A stretch of DNA of 63,336 nt, counting the filler, from Reclinomonas americana ATCC 50394 (lineage: Eukaryota): the NCBI GenBank assembly GCA_048213135.1. It is 3 parts of 3 records of this genome, joined end to end, with 100 filler letters (N's around TTAATTAATTAA, not from the genome) between each part and the next. Parts side by side here need not be neighbours in the genome. Positions count along the whole stretch, not along the records: positions 1 to 30,007 come from PS015143.1; 2 more parts are not named here. One strand, written 5' to 3'. The position numbers were made by a program, and so were the translations under genes. The number at the start of each line of letters is the position of its first letter. The stretch's first letter is position 1. The notes below the pieces were generated by a model that saw only the letters and a list, made by a program, of their open reading frames with translations, searched no databases and had not been told where the DNA came from. Shown in pieces: positions 13,138-24,341 of this stretch.

Positions 13138-13787
13138 TCACCTTCCTCGCATGGCTACAGTGTAGTTCGGCACATCATAGTCGGCCGACGACGCCAAGCG
13201 TGGCGGAGGCGGCACAACAAACGTCACTGCAAATGCCAAGTCAGCGAGTCAGTCACGCAGCTGTCAAGCACCTCTCTCGTGCGCGCACACCTGGATGCTT
13301 GGCGCCTCGCAGGTGCACGCTCACTGTCTCCAATCCATCGACCACTGCTCGCTCCAGCGACTGCAACAGTGTCGCCGTCAGCAGCCGCACCGACACCAAT
13401 CGCGCCGGCAGCGTGCGTGGCGAGCAGTCTTCCTCCATGGCCACTGCGAGCGATAGACATGAGCAGAGAGGGAGAGAGAGCAAGAGAGAGACACGGAGTA
13501 AGAGCGCAACAAAGAGAATCGCCCTTGGCCACCAAACGCATGCGCTGGTACGGATTCGGAGGCGGTGGAAGGAGGTAACGCGACTCGATCGAGCGCAGCA
13601 CAGAGAGGCGTCGGAAGGCGTCGATGCAGCGACGTGCGGTGCGGACCTGCAATGAGCGTGAGATGAAGACACACACATTGACAACAACAAGAGCGAGACA
13701 CACAACTGCGTCGAGCAGTAGGTAGGCCAGCGCGGAGCTTGTGGGCACCAGCAGGCCTGTCGACACAATGGCGCTCAGCAGCGCCAT
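13138..13787 (-). CDS. Hypothetical small protein with an N-terminal transmembrane segment
   Basis: MALLSAIVSTGLLVPTSSALAYLLLDAVVCLALVVVNVCVFI... plus further spliceable exons. No recognisable family; end uncertain. Confidence 0.4.
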
Positions 13788-13856
13788 GTGTTTCGAGTGC
13801 CCACTTGGTCGATCGCAGCGGCTCATTCCCGCGCAAATCGTGCTTAGAGAGAGAGA

Positions 13857-15411
13857 ATGGTGCGTCGCCGTGCATGCGTGTGCTCATCTCTGTGTGTGTA
13901 TGTGTCATGACGACGGGCGTTCTCCTTTTCACGCACGCGTGTCTTTGTGTGTTGTCTTGCCCGCGTGCTTCATGTTCGTTCATGTCGCACGCGCGCGCGC
14001 GTGTCGGGAATCGCACATCAGAGTGACTGGATAATGAGAGAGCTTACTTGTGTGTTTTCGTGTGTGTGTTTCGTAGTCTGGCGCTGCAAAGAAGCCATCA
14101 TCGTCGTCATCATCAGGCGCGGCTGCGGCCTCGGCTGCACCCGCTGGCAAGTCGTCGGTGAGTCACACACTCGCACAGAATGACACGTGGCAGCTGTCTG
14201 TCCACGCACGTGTGCGGGCATGTCTATACTCCTTGTCTACGTGTGTGCGTGCGTGTGTGTCGTTGGGAGGGAAGAGCGAGGGGGGCGGTGGCAGAGAGCT
14301 GGTGTGAAATGTGCACTCTTTTTTCTTGTTGTTCGCGCCATGCCCCTGCCCCCGTGCGCTCACCTTTGCTGCACACCAACAGTCGGGCAGCAAGTCGGAT
14401 CGCGTGAGACGGAAGGATGCGCACGACTACTCGAAGGTGCCGCTGGAGGATCGCTTGACTGATTTGAGTTGCGCTTGTCATGCACACATACAGGTGCACA
14501 CACACACGCAAGTGTGGCTCACTCTCTCTTTTGCGGCGCAGTGTACGTGTTGTGGTACCTGGTGATGTTCGCCGTCGTCATGCCGGTCGCTCTCATGTCG
14601 GTGACGGCGCACTACAAGAACGTGCCGCTGGCCAACGTTGGCGAGCACCTGCCGTTCCTCGCCCCGTGCGTGATCGAGGCGGTGGCCAAGTTTGGCGAGA
14701 TCGCCGACCCCATGATGGTGTGCAAACCGAGCCCGTTCTGCTGCCTCATCATCATCGTCATGGTAATAACGAATTTGCTGTGTTGGTAGAACTTGAACCC
14801 GGGCTGGCTGGTGGCCATGCAGGGCTTCAACCTGTTGGTGTGCGGCCCCCTGTACCTGCTGACCGCGTTCGGTTTCCTCTTTGGCTGGAACTGGATCCGC
14901 GTGCCGGCCACCATCAACTCGGTGTGGACCCTCTACCAGATTGCGATGCACGGTTCGGAGACGTTCTTTGGTGGCGTCGCCCCGATCGAGCCCGTCACCT
15001 ACCTGGTGGCCTACGCACCGGCCGTGCTCATCTCCATGGCCACGTACAAGCGCCTGTCGATGGTTGAGCCCTTCTAGTTGCGTCTGCACGCAGGCCTCCC
15101 ATCACACCGATCCTCCTCCTCCTCAACCCCTCTCCATCTGCAGCGCCAACGAGCGTGGTGTGTTCAAGGCCGTGGCGCTGAACGCCGCCTTTGTGGTGGT
15201 GATGGCCGAGGCTTTGGCGGTGGTGGCCTTCATGGCCTTCCGCTTTGCCGTGTTGCACCTCGGCTACGGCGAGGTCTGGCAGCACCCGCACCTGGTCAAG
15301 GCCCGCGACTTTGTGCTCCACGACGCGCGCGGAACGGTGACCGTGGAGGAGCTCCCCCTGACGCACAACGCGCCGGCGGGTGGTGCCTCGATGGTGGCCG
15401 ATGAGAACTAA
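13857..15411 (+). CDS. EXPERA-domain membrane protein (EBP/TMEM97/TM6SF superfamily)
   Basis: PLEDRLTDLMYVLWYL, ADPMM.NPGWL, GPLYLLTAFGFLFGWNWIRVP, E.FFG, R....PF. First exon is ATG only (ATG|gtgcgt). Confidence 0.75.
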
Positions 15412-15606
15412 GTAGAGACAAGGCACGCGCAAGTGCCAGGAGAGCGTGGGAAAGAAAATGAGACCGCACCCACACTCTTTGTCCCCCCCCAAACACAAGT
15501 AAACGAGTAGCACAAGAATTACAACAGGCGGTCGTCAATGCAGCATCGGCGTTTGCTTTCAATGCTGCAAGCGTCGGCGTTCACACTCACGGTGTGCACG
15601 AGTGTT

Positions 15607-17178
15607 TCAACGCAGGTACTTGTTGATGATGTTGTCGATGAACCACTGCTCGGTGAAGCGCAGGTGCTGTGTCGAATGAAGAAAAGCAAGAGTGAGCTAT
15701 GTGTAGAATGGGTGGGGTGACAGTGGGAAGCAGTACGCAACGTCGCCGACCACGGACAAAAAGTCAATCTTTCCGGCCTGATCCAACACCTTCAGACCGA
15801 GCCAGTCCTGCTGGTACACGTCGGTCTGCTGCAGCGGAATTGTCTGCTTGTCTTGTCCCGGGGCGTAGAATCCGAACCACTCCGAGTCGCGTGGTTGCAC
15901 CATGCTGTACACATGGTCAGCGATTCGCACACGAGGCAGCAGAAAGCAGCAAGCGACACACGCAACGAGTCCTCCGTGAACTTGACCAGCACGAACCTGG
16001 TCATGGCAGGAGCTCAACGCGTGTGAGAGAGAAGGAGAGAAAAGACGGAAGCGAGTGCATCGCAACTTGTTCAGCGACTTGAGGTTTACGGCGTATGTGG
16101 AGTTCTTCTGTGCCTTCTGGTTGTTGATGTCGGCAATGAACTGCGACTTGGCAACGTACTCCTGCGACGGCGAGCAACAGGGGGATGAGCAAACGCGATG
16201 GCCGACGCCGCTGCTGCTGTCTTCGCACCTGCTGCTTGAACGGATCGTTCCAGTACTGCGCCTGCACCAGTCGGTTCTGCACAAACTCGACATAGGCACC
16301 CACATCGAGCAGCTCACGCATCCACTCGCACAGCGTGTGATTCGTGGCCTCGCAGCGCGGCAGCCCGAACACGCCTGCCGCCCCCCCAACAACAGAATGA
16401 GCGACAACGAACACACAGTGAGGAACACACACAAGAAGACGTAACCAAAGTGCTGGCCACCGACGGAGATCAAGTTGCGCACTGGCGGATCGTTGCAACG
16501 CTGCACGTACGCACGGAGGAACTGACCGCCCTGGGAGAAACTACCAAACAGACGGAGAGGATGATGAGCGAAAAAAACGCTGATTCCCTATCTCCTCGAC
16601 GCAACCCAATGGCATTGAAGCCGCCCTGCAGCTGCGGATCGGCCTTGAGTGCGGCGCACACCATGGCGATCTGCTCGTTGACCGGCTTGAAGAAGCTGTC
16701 GATCACACAAGTCATGAAAAGAAAGAGAGAAGACGATTTTCTGAAAAAAAGAGAGACGCAACCCATCGTATTGATCCTGCTCATCTGAGCTGCCAATGCG
16801 CACCGAGTGCACATACGATCCCGTCTGCTTGGTGATGAGCTTGCCCAGGTCGGCCATTCCCTGCTCCACACAGTGAGTCACACCAACACATATCACAGAC
16901 AGTGAGCGACACAAGTACCGGCGAGTTCGACCAGTCGCCCATGCCATGCCACAGCACCACCGGCAGTGAGCCGCCACCCAGTGCCTCCTCCAAGTCTATG
17001 AGAGCGCGCGTGAGTGTGAGAGAGAGAGAGAGCAAAGGAGGAGTCAATATATGAATGACAACGCGCGCTCACCCAGAGTCGTCACATCATCAAGTGACAC
17101 CGCGTGACTGGTGCCAAGCAGCATGGCCACCGAAAGCACAGTCAAGCACGCGGCGAGGAGCAGCGCGCGGCACTTCAT
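15607..17178 (-). CDS. PPT1: Palmitoyl-protein thioesterase 1
   Basis: Signal peptide, PVVLWHGMGD, GFNAIGFSQGGQFLRAYVQRC, NLISVGGQHAGVFGLPRC, LVQAQYWNDP, QPRDSEWFGFY, GDHLRF. Confidence 0.97.
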
Positions 17179-17266
17179 TCTCACTCTGAGCACAATGATG
17201 AATTCGACGATTCGTTGGGCGAACTGAGTTGTGTGTGAGTGATTGTGTGTTTGTGAGGCGAGAGAT

Positions 17267-18816
17267 ATGGGTTGCGCGTACAGCCAGACGACACGGTTGG
17301 CCAAGGCCAAGAAGCAGATGACTGACAAGATGCCTGTGGAACCAGAGCAGGCTGTCAGGTGGTTATAAACGTCTTTCTCTTTTCTCTGTCTCTTTCTCTG
17401 CTTTGTGTCACGTGCTGTCTCTCTCTCTCTGCATTATGTGTGTGTCTTGTTGACGTCACATGCGAGTGCGCAGCGTGCGCGCGTGTGTGCGTGTGTGTTT
17501 TTCTGTCGAGTGGCGTGTGTGCCATTTCGACGTGCACTGAGGCCCTCTCTTCTCTCTGTGTGCCTCACTCGCGTGTGTCTGTGTCTGTCTGTGTGTGCTG
17601 CAGGTTCACAAACTCGGAGAAGAACCCGTACGCTGTGGAGCTTGGTGAGTGGGCGTTCACACACACACGCACACGCAAGCAAGTGTGAAAATGAGCGCGC
17701 GTGTGTGCAATGTGCTATCTCTCTCTTTCTCTGTGTGTGTGCACAAGCAGTGAGAGTGTGCATGTGAGTGAGCGCGGGAGAGAGAGAGAGTGGAAGAATT
17801 TGGCGACCATTACTCTGCGCACCGTTGTTGCGTGTGTGTCACTCTCTCTCTCCCTCTTCTCCACGCCACATGATGAGATTTTGCATCAGACATGCACTGA
17901 TGATGATGATGATGATGGTGTGCACACAGCCAAGTGCTGGAGGCCGGGTGCGATTCCCAAGACTTTTGAGAACGACTTTGTCAAGTTCGACTACCCACCA
18001 GGTTGGTGATACGTGTGACTGGCGAGCGCGCGTGTGTGCGTGTGTGTGTGTGAGAGAGTTGGCTGATTTGTGTCGACACGCAGAGGAATGGTCGGCGAAG
18101 AACGAGTCGGCGTTGGAGACCAAGACGGAGACGCACTTGGGCGTCAACATTCGGTTGTCGGTCGAGTTGCTCGAACAGCACATGACGTCGCAGCAGTACT
18201 GCGATGTTGAGTCTGCTGCCTTTGTCGTCGTCGTTGTTGATTGTCGCTCAAAATCGCCTTTGCAGTTTGTCAACGAGCAAGTGGCCACCATTCTGCACGG
18301 CGTCAAGTACACTAATGAGCCCGCCATGCGCAAGTTGACGGGCGGCCAGGAGCTCGCCTGTGTGCGCCGCGAGTGGGAAATGCCCACCGACGTCAAGGGT
18401 GCGTTTTCTTTCCGCTTGCTGATCTCGTCGTTTTTCGCGTGCTCTGACCGATCGTGCGGAACAGGCACGCGCGTGAACATCCCGCTGAAGCAGCTGTCAC
18501 TGCACGGCACCACACACGATCCCGACACGGGCGACTGCGTGGCCTACAACTGCACCATCTCGGCCGGCAGCGGCATCTGGGAGCTCTTCAAGCCGATCTT
18601 TGAAAAGTTCCTCAACAACCTGCAATTCAAGGACCCGAAGCTGGTGGCGGAGCTGTGCAAGAAGGAGGGCTTCTTGTACCCACAGAGCGACACAAACAAG
18701 CCTGACGTGCGTCCATTCCTTCCCTCCTCCCCTTCCCCCCATGTCACGTCACTTGCACTCACTCGCGTGTCGCACTGCAGGATCCGGTGCAACAGAAGAT
18801 TGAAAAGAGCCAGTGA
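17267..18816 (+). CDS. N-acylated (MGCAYS) protein with a PsbP/Mog1-like domain, paralog B
   Basis: MGCAYSQ...VRFTNSEKNPYAVEL..FENDFVKFDYPPEEW..TSQQYCDFVNEQV..CVAYNCTISAGSGIWELFKPIFEKFLNNLQF. Aligns with paralog A and shares intron positions with it. Confidence 0.6.
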
Positions 18817-19156
18817 GATCATCATTTGTTACATGTGTGTGTGTGTCGCCGTGGCTGCCTGTGCGTCCACGCCTTCTGTCTACTATACATCTCTCGCTTG
18901 TGTTGTCTTTTTTTGATGTCTGGCAGTGCACGGATCTTTTGCCTTGCCGTCCTCCTCCGTAAACCTGCACGGTGTGTTGAGTCGTCTCTTTTTTTCACTC
19001 TCTCTCCCGTTTTGTTTCTCCTCCTCTTCTGCTCTCGATTCTCACGCCGCCAGATGATCCCCAACCTTTATACCACGTACCGCGACTGTAAAACTGTGCT
19101 GCATGTTTTTTTCTCTCTCCCCTGCGATACACAGCGGCGCTGTACATTTTGTTCAT

Positions 19157-20602
19157 TCACAGCTCGAATTTGCACACTGGACACGTGGGATGTGAGTTGA
19201 GCCAGCGCGACACGCATTGCTGTAGCCAGCCAGCAAGTGAGTGAGCGAGCAAGCGTGACGAGAAGAGTTGCATCTCGCACCTTGTGGTACTGGTGCAGAC
19301 ACGGCAGCGAAATCACTTCTTCGCCGGCTTGATAGTTTTCGAGGCAAATGGGGCACTCCCGCTGCGGCGTCTTGGTGTCGTCGGCCGCAACAATGAACGA
19401 CGGGAAGCGATTGATCTCGGAGGTCGTCAGACCGCCCCACGCCGGCCCACTTGCGCCCTCGTCGAGTGCCAGCAAGGCCTCGTAATCTGCACACAACCAT
19501 CGTCAGTGACACGTTCCTCCACCCCGTCCATCCTCCACGCTACCTCGTGAATCAAAGTCGCGGTCCACCACGGCCAAGTTGAAGTGCTGCAGATCCATGC
19601 GCCCACCCGCCAGCAGGTGTCGCGCCAGGCGAAGATTACCTCGGCGCATGCGACCTGCCATTTGATCGTCAGACAACTCACTCTGCTGCACTGAGCACAC
19701 ACGTGTACATGCACACCATGCTCCTCATCGAATCGCTCGTCGTCCATCCCACGCAGCCGCCGCAACATCGCCACCTCGTCGCCATCGCCATCGTCGTCTT
19801 CCTCCGCGGCTCGTTGTTGTCTCCGCAGCACAATCAGGCGGAGGATCGCCGACACCACAAACACACCAATCCACAGAAACATCACGCCGCCGACATTGGC
19901 CCACTGGCCGACCACAAAGAACAGCGACAGGAACACCACCGGCAGCATCACATTCACCAGCCAACTGGTGGTGGTCGAGTTCGAAATAGGTGTGCAGGCG
20001 GCACAACACTCGCCGCACCGCATCCGTGACCACAGCACACGCAGTGCCGAACGCCATCGTGACCCGCCACTGCCTGCCACTCCGGCCGCCGACAACTCCG
20101 AGCCAGCAGCGAGCAACTGTGCGCGGATCGCGTCAACTCAAAAGAATCACATACTCACAAAGCAGCACACACACGGCGCAACTCGTTCCGTCTCTCGTCG
20201 TCGCACACCTCGCGCTCCACCTCGCTCCTCATCATCATCATCATCGTCATCATCTTCGTCTTCTTCTTCTTCGCCTTCTGCCACTCGCGGTCGCAGTTGG
20301 CCCAACTCCACCTCCTGATTCACTTCATCCCCTGCACTGCGACTCCCGCTCGCCTGCCCGCCACTCTCCTCGTGGCCCTCATCATCAACATCGGCCTGGA
20401 AGAAGCGCGGATCGCGCAGGCGCTGAAGGTGGCGGTCGTGGAAGAGTGCGTGACGATCTCGTCCGCCACTGCTCCCCGAGCCCGACACTGCTGGGGAGGC
20501 GGTCGCGGTTGGTGCCGATTGTGAGGGTGGAGGGCGAGGAGCGGGGGGCGGTGGTGCCAGCAAGAAGCCACCGCCTAGATCGACAGGCGCGCTTGCCGCC
20601 AT
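19157..20602 (-). CDS. Membrane-anchored RING-H2 E3 ubiquitin ligase (SDIR1-like)
   Basis: Two TM segments, LAVVDRDFD..DYEALLALDE, GLTTSEINRFP, CPICLENYQAGEEVISLPCLHQYHKQCVSRWLNSHPTCPVCK. Confidence 0.88.
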
Positions 20603-20971
20603 TGCCAATGTGCGAAACTGACTTGTCCCACGTGTAACGCGACGTGACCTGTCAGCTTTTTTCTATCTCTCTCTCTCCCTTGTGTTGTGCATCGTAGAGA
20701 TGCATCGTTTCTCGTCATTGCGGTGCTGCGATATGTGGCGCACGATCGGTCTGGAGTTGTCGACGTCGTGATATCGCGATCGACTGTCGATCGATATTGC
20801 GATCGTTGCGAGCGATCGTGGGATCGCACCACACGCGCCGTATATCTCTCAGATGCAGTGAACAAGAATGCTCCGGTTCGCGGTGAAAAGAACGAAGCGA
20901 AAACGTGCGCGCTGCCATTTTGTTTTTTTCGCGATCGATTGAGCGGTGGTCGACTCGCAATTCTCTTGTCC

Positions 20972-23900
20972 ATGAGCTCGGAGAAGAGCACTGCCGGTGC
21001 CGTCGTCGCTGAGTCGGACACTCCCACAGCTGTGGCACCACCACCACCTCCCCCACCCGTCAGTGGCAGCAGCACGCCAGCACCGGCGCCTGCGCCGCCC
21101 GTGTACTTTCCCCACATCAGTGGCGACGATCTGGTTCCCGTGATCGATGGCAATCCGCAGGAGAATCGTGCCGGCGACAGCGAACCGGCTGGTGGTGAGT
21201 GTCGTCTCGTGTGGCGATCGGGTGTGCGATCGCATGTTTGTGCGGTGCGCTCCTCTTCCAATGCGACAATCGCTTCGCGATCGCAGCACTGGAATTTGCA
21301 GTGGACGAGCCGAGTCCGGTGGAAATCGAGCTGCAACCTGTCGACCTCGCCGCTCGCCGTGCCTCTCGCTCTCACCATGTGGTGCTCCCACCGGCGTCAC
21401 CGCAGCGCATGACCGCTGTCCAGGTGCCGCTGTTGGACACGGGAATCGCTTTGCACGTCCCATCGGTAATGGAACCGATGACTGCGGTGATTGTGCCTGG
21501 AACCACCGCCGTGGTCGACGATACAACGCGGCAGCCGTTGCCGCAGCAACAGAGAACGCACCATAATCATCATCATCACCACCACCACCACCCTGCGAAC
21601 GGAGCAGCCGCCTTGAAACAGGAGCAGCAGTCGAAGCAGCCACTTGTGCATCCACGCACCAGTCCACCTCAACAGGATCGTCTGCGATCGGTGGTCGGTC
21701 TCACCGTGGGGGCGGGCCCCGATGTGGACGCCGATCGACAGGCCCTGATTTCTGCAGGCTTCGGGTCGCCGGGCCAGTATTCGGCATCGTCGCTGGATCC
21801 GCTGACCGGCGACGATCGCGAGGACGGCGAACAGTTGCGGAGTGGTATCCTGGAGGTGCCGGGAGCCATCGATCTGCGGCGCGCCGACATGCGATCGGTG
21901 TGGGCCTTCTTGGTTGGCGTTCTCTGCACGCAGGTACTGTGTGTGCACATGAGTGAGCGTGCTTGTGTGAGTCGCATTGCTGAAAAACATGGATGGATGC
22001 GACCACAGGTGTGGAACAACTCGTTGCAAATTGTGCAGCCACTGTTGGTGCTGTGGGTCACGAATGATGTTGCGGCAGTGCTGCTGTCTTTACTTATTGC
22101 TGTACACTCCGCTCACTGATGCCACGCACGCAGCCGTCGATGGTGGCCTTTATCTTGGTGCGCACAACCAACCGGTTTTGACTGTATTCCTTGATTTGTA
22201 TTTTCATCAGTCTGCATCCTCTGCAGATGGGCTATGGCGTGTGCAGTGCGCTCGGCAACACGCTTGGCGGCCTGTGCTACCCATTCTTCTCGCCCAAGAA
22301 GCTGCTCGTCACGTTCTGCGTTGTGCGGTTCGTGCGCGACTGTGAGTCCACGCTCCTTCAAACTCGGAACTCATTCATGTTTCACTCGCAGATCCCTCTC
22401 ACAGTTTGCCACGTGCATTGTGTACTTGTGGGCGTCGAGTCACGGCTGGTACATCCTGGTGTTGTACACGGTGGACTCGCTGGCGATCGGTGTGCTGGAC
22501 ACTGTGCGCACGGCGTTTCCGCGATCGGCTGTCGGACCAGAGGAGGCGGCGCTGAACAAACTGAACGCCGACTTTCAGCTGTCGTTCGATGCCGGCACCA
22601 CTATTGGTTGGTGGCCTCTGCTGTAAATTGAGTGCATGGCTGCTGTTGCTGCAACGTTCTCCCTCACACGAAACACAGGTCCAATCATCACCGGTGTTGT
22701 CATGACGCTGACCACGGATTTGCGCACCGTTGTCTTCCTGTCACCCATCGGGTTCCTGTCGTGTGCCGCCATCTTCCTGTACGTGTGAATGCATAGACAC
22801 ACTTCTCTGCCTGTTGTTGCTCACCGTTGGGGGAGCAGGTGGGTTCCACGACTGAAGAGCGACGCAGAGGTCGCGCGCCAGCGACTGATCGCCAAGGGCA
22901 AGAGTTTGACCACATCACAGATTCTCAGCAAGGCGTCGCCGTGGGCATCGCTCAAGTTCGTCTTTGGCAACGTGAGACTTGTACTGCCGTTCGTCGGCTT
23001 CCTCATGCTGCAAGGTATCTCGTCCGCTAACATCAACATGTTGTGCTGTTCGAATATTAATTAGCTCACTCTCTTCTGCACAGTGTACCGGCTGAAGAAC
23101 ACGTACGCAGCACTGTATGCCACTCAAGTGCTGCACAACGCGACGCTGACTGCCTGGATGGTGAGACGGCACTCGATCCGCAATGCTGTCAATGGTAGCA
23201 CTCACTTCTCTTTCTTTGTTAAGATGGCCGGTTTCGGTATTGGTGGAACGATTGGCTCTCTGCTGTTCCGCTTCATGGACAAGCACAAAAAGTTGTGTGT
23301 GTATCACTGCGCGCGCAGTCGTGCGGTGAGTGGCTGACGAGATGCGTGTACGCAGGATCAATCACGTGCGCAGCATGCTGTTTGCCGGCATCAGCCTGGC
23401 CATCTTCTCGTTCATCTGGCTGCCGGATGTGATTGACAAGAACTCCTCGGTGTGGTTCCACTTCTCCTTCGATGAGCTGACAATCATCATCATGGTCGTC
23501 GGCAACGTGTTTGGCCGACTGTCGATGAACGTGCTGCTGCAGAAGGAGCTGTCGTGTTGCGTGATTCTCTGCATGCTCTGTGTTTCTCATCCGTCACTCA
23601 CTCTGCATCATCGCCTGCGAAGCCTCACGCAACGCTGGTGTCATGGCCCTCCGTGGCTTCTTCGTGAAACTCACTGCCGCGCTCATGCGCGGACTGCTCG
23701 GCCTGGCATTCGTTGTGACTGCCAACAATGGACTGCACGCGTTCCTCGTGTTCTCCGCGTTCACCTTCCTGCTGGCCGCCGCACAGGTACGCAACCGTAT
23801 TGTTGCTGTCGCTGCTACAAGGAAGTGACCTGTCGCTGACTGCACTCCCAGATTGTTTGCAGTCTTGCGTACCGCTCCAATCGAGCAGCCACAACCTCGG

Positions 23901-24336
23901 CTGCCGACGCCACGGCATCCATGGTACTGTTGCAAGCCGACGACATTGACGAGGATGATGTGCACGGTGAGAGAGACACATATTGTCACAAGTGTGTCCC
24001 CGCGCGAGAAACTCATCATCTTGGTGATAAAGGCCGACTGGCGCCATACAGCAAGCTCAACGCACCTCATCCAGGCAAGTACGCCTTCCAGCGTGATGAC
24101 GGCGGAGCGGCGAGTGACGACGAGTCGGCGGCTCTGGCGACCAGGATCAAGACAGGTGCGTGTGAAAATGTCTGTCCAGTGAGTGCCTCCACTGCTACTC
24201 ACAGACACAAAACTCGCACCAGAAATGCGCCCAGAAGCCCCCTCGTCCACCGCATGACACAACAAATAAAAAACCCTCTGACTTCGCTGCTGCAGTTCAA
24301 TTATCGTCGCAACAGTGGGGTGGCACTGGTACCTAA
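20972..24336 (+). CDS. MFS-type multi-pass transporter, paralog B
   Basis: VWAFLVGVLCTQVWNN, YPFFSPKKLL, LDTVRTAFPRS..EEAALNKLNADFQLSFDAGTTIGP, YRLKNTYAALYATQVLH. Long disordered N-terminus. The 3' end is approximate. Confidence 0.75.
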
Positions 24337-24341
24337 ACTAC

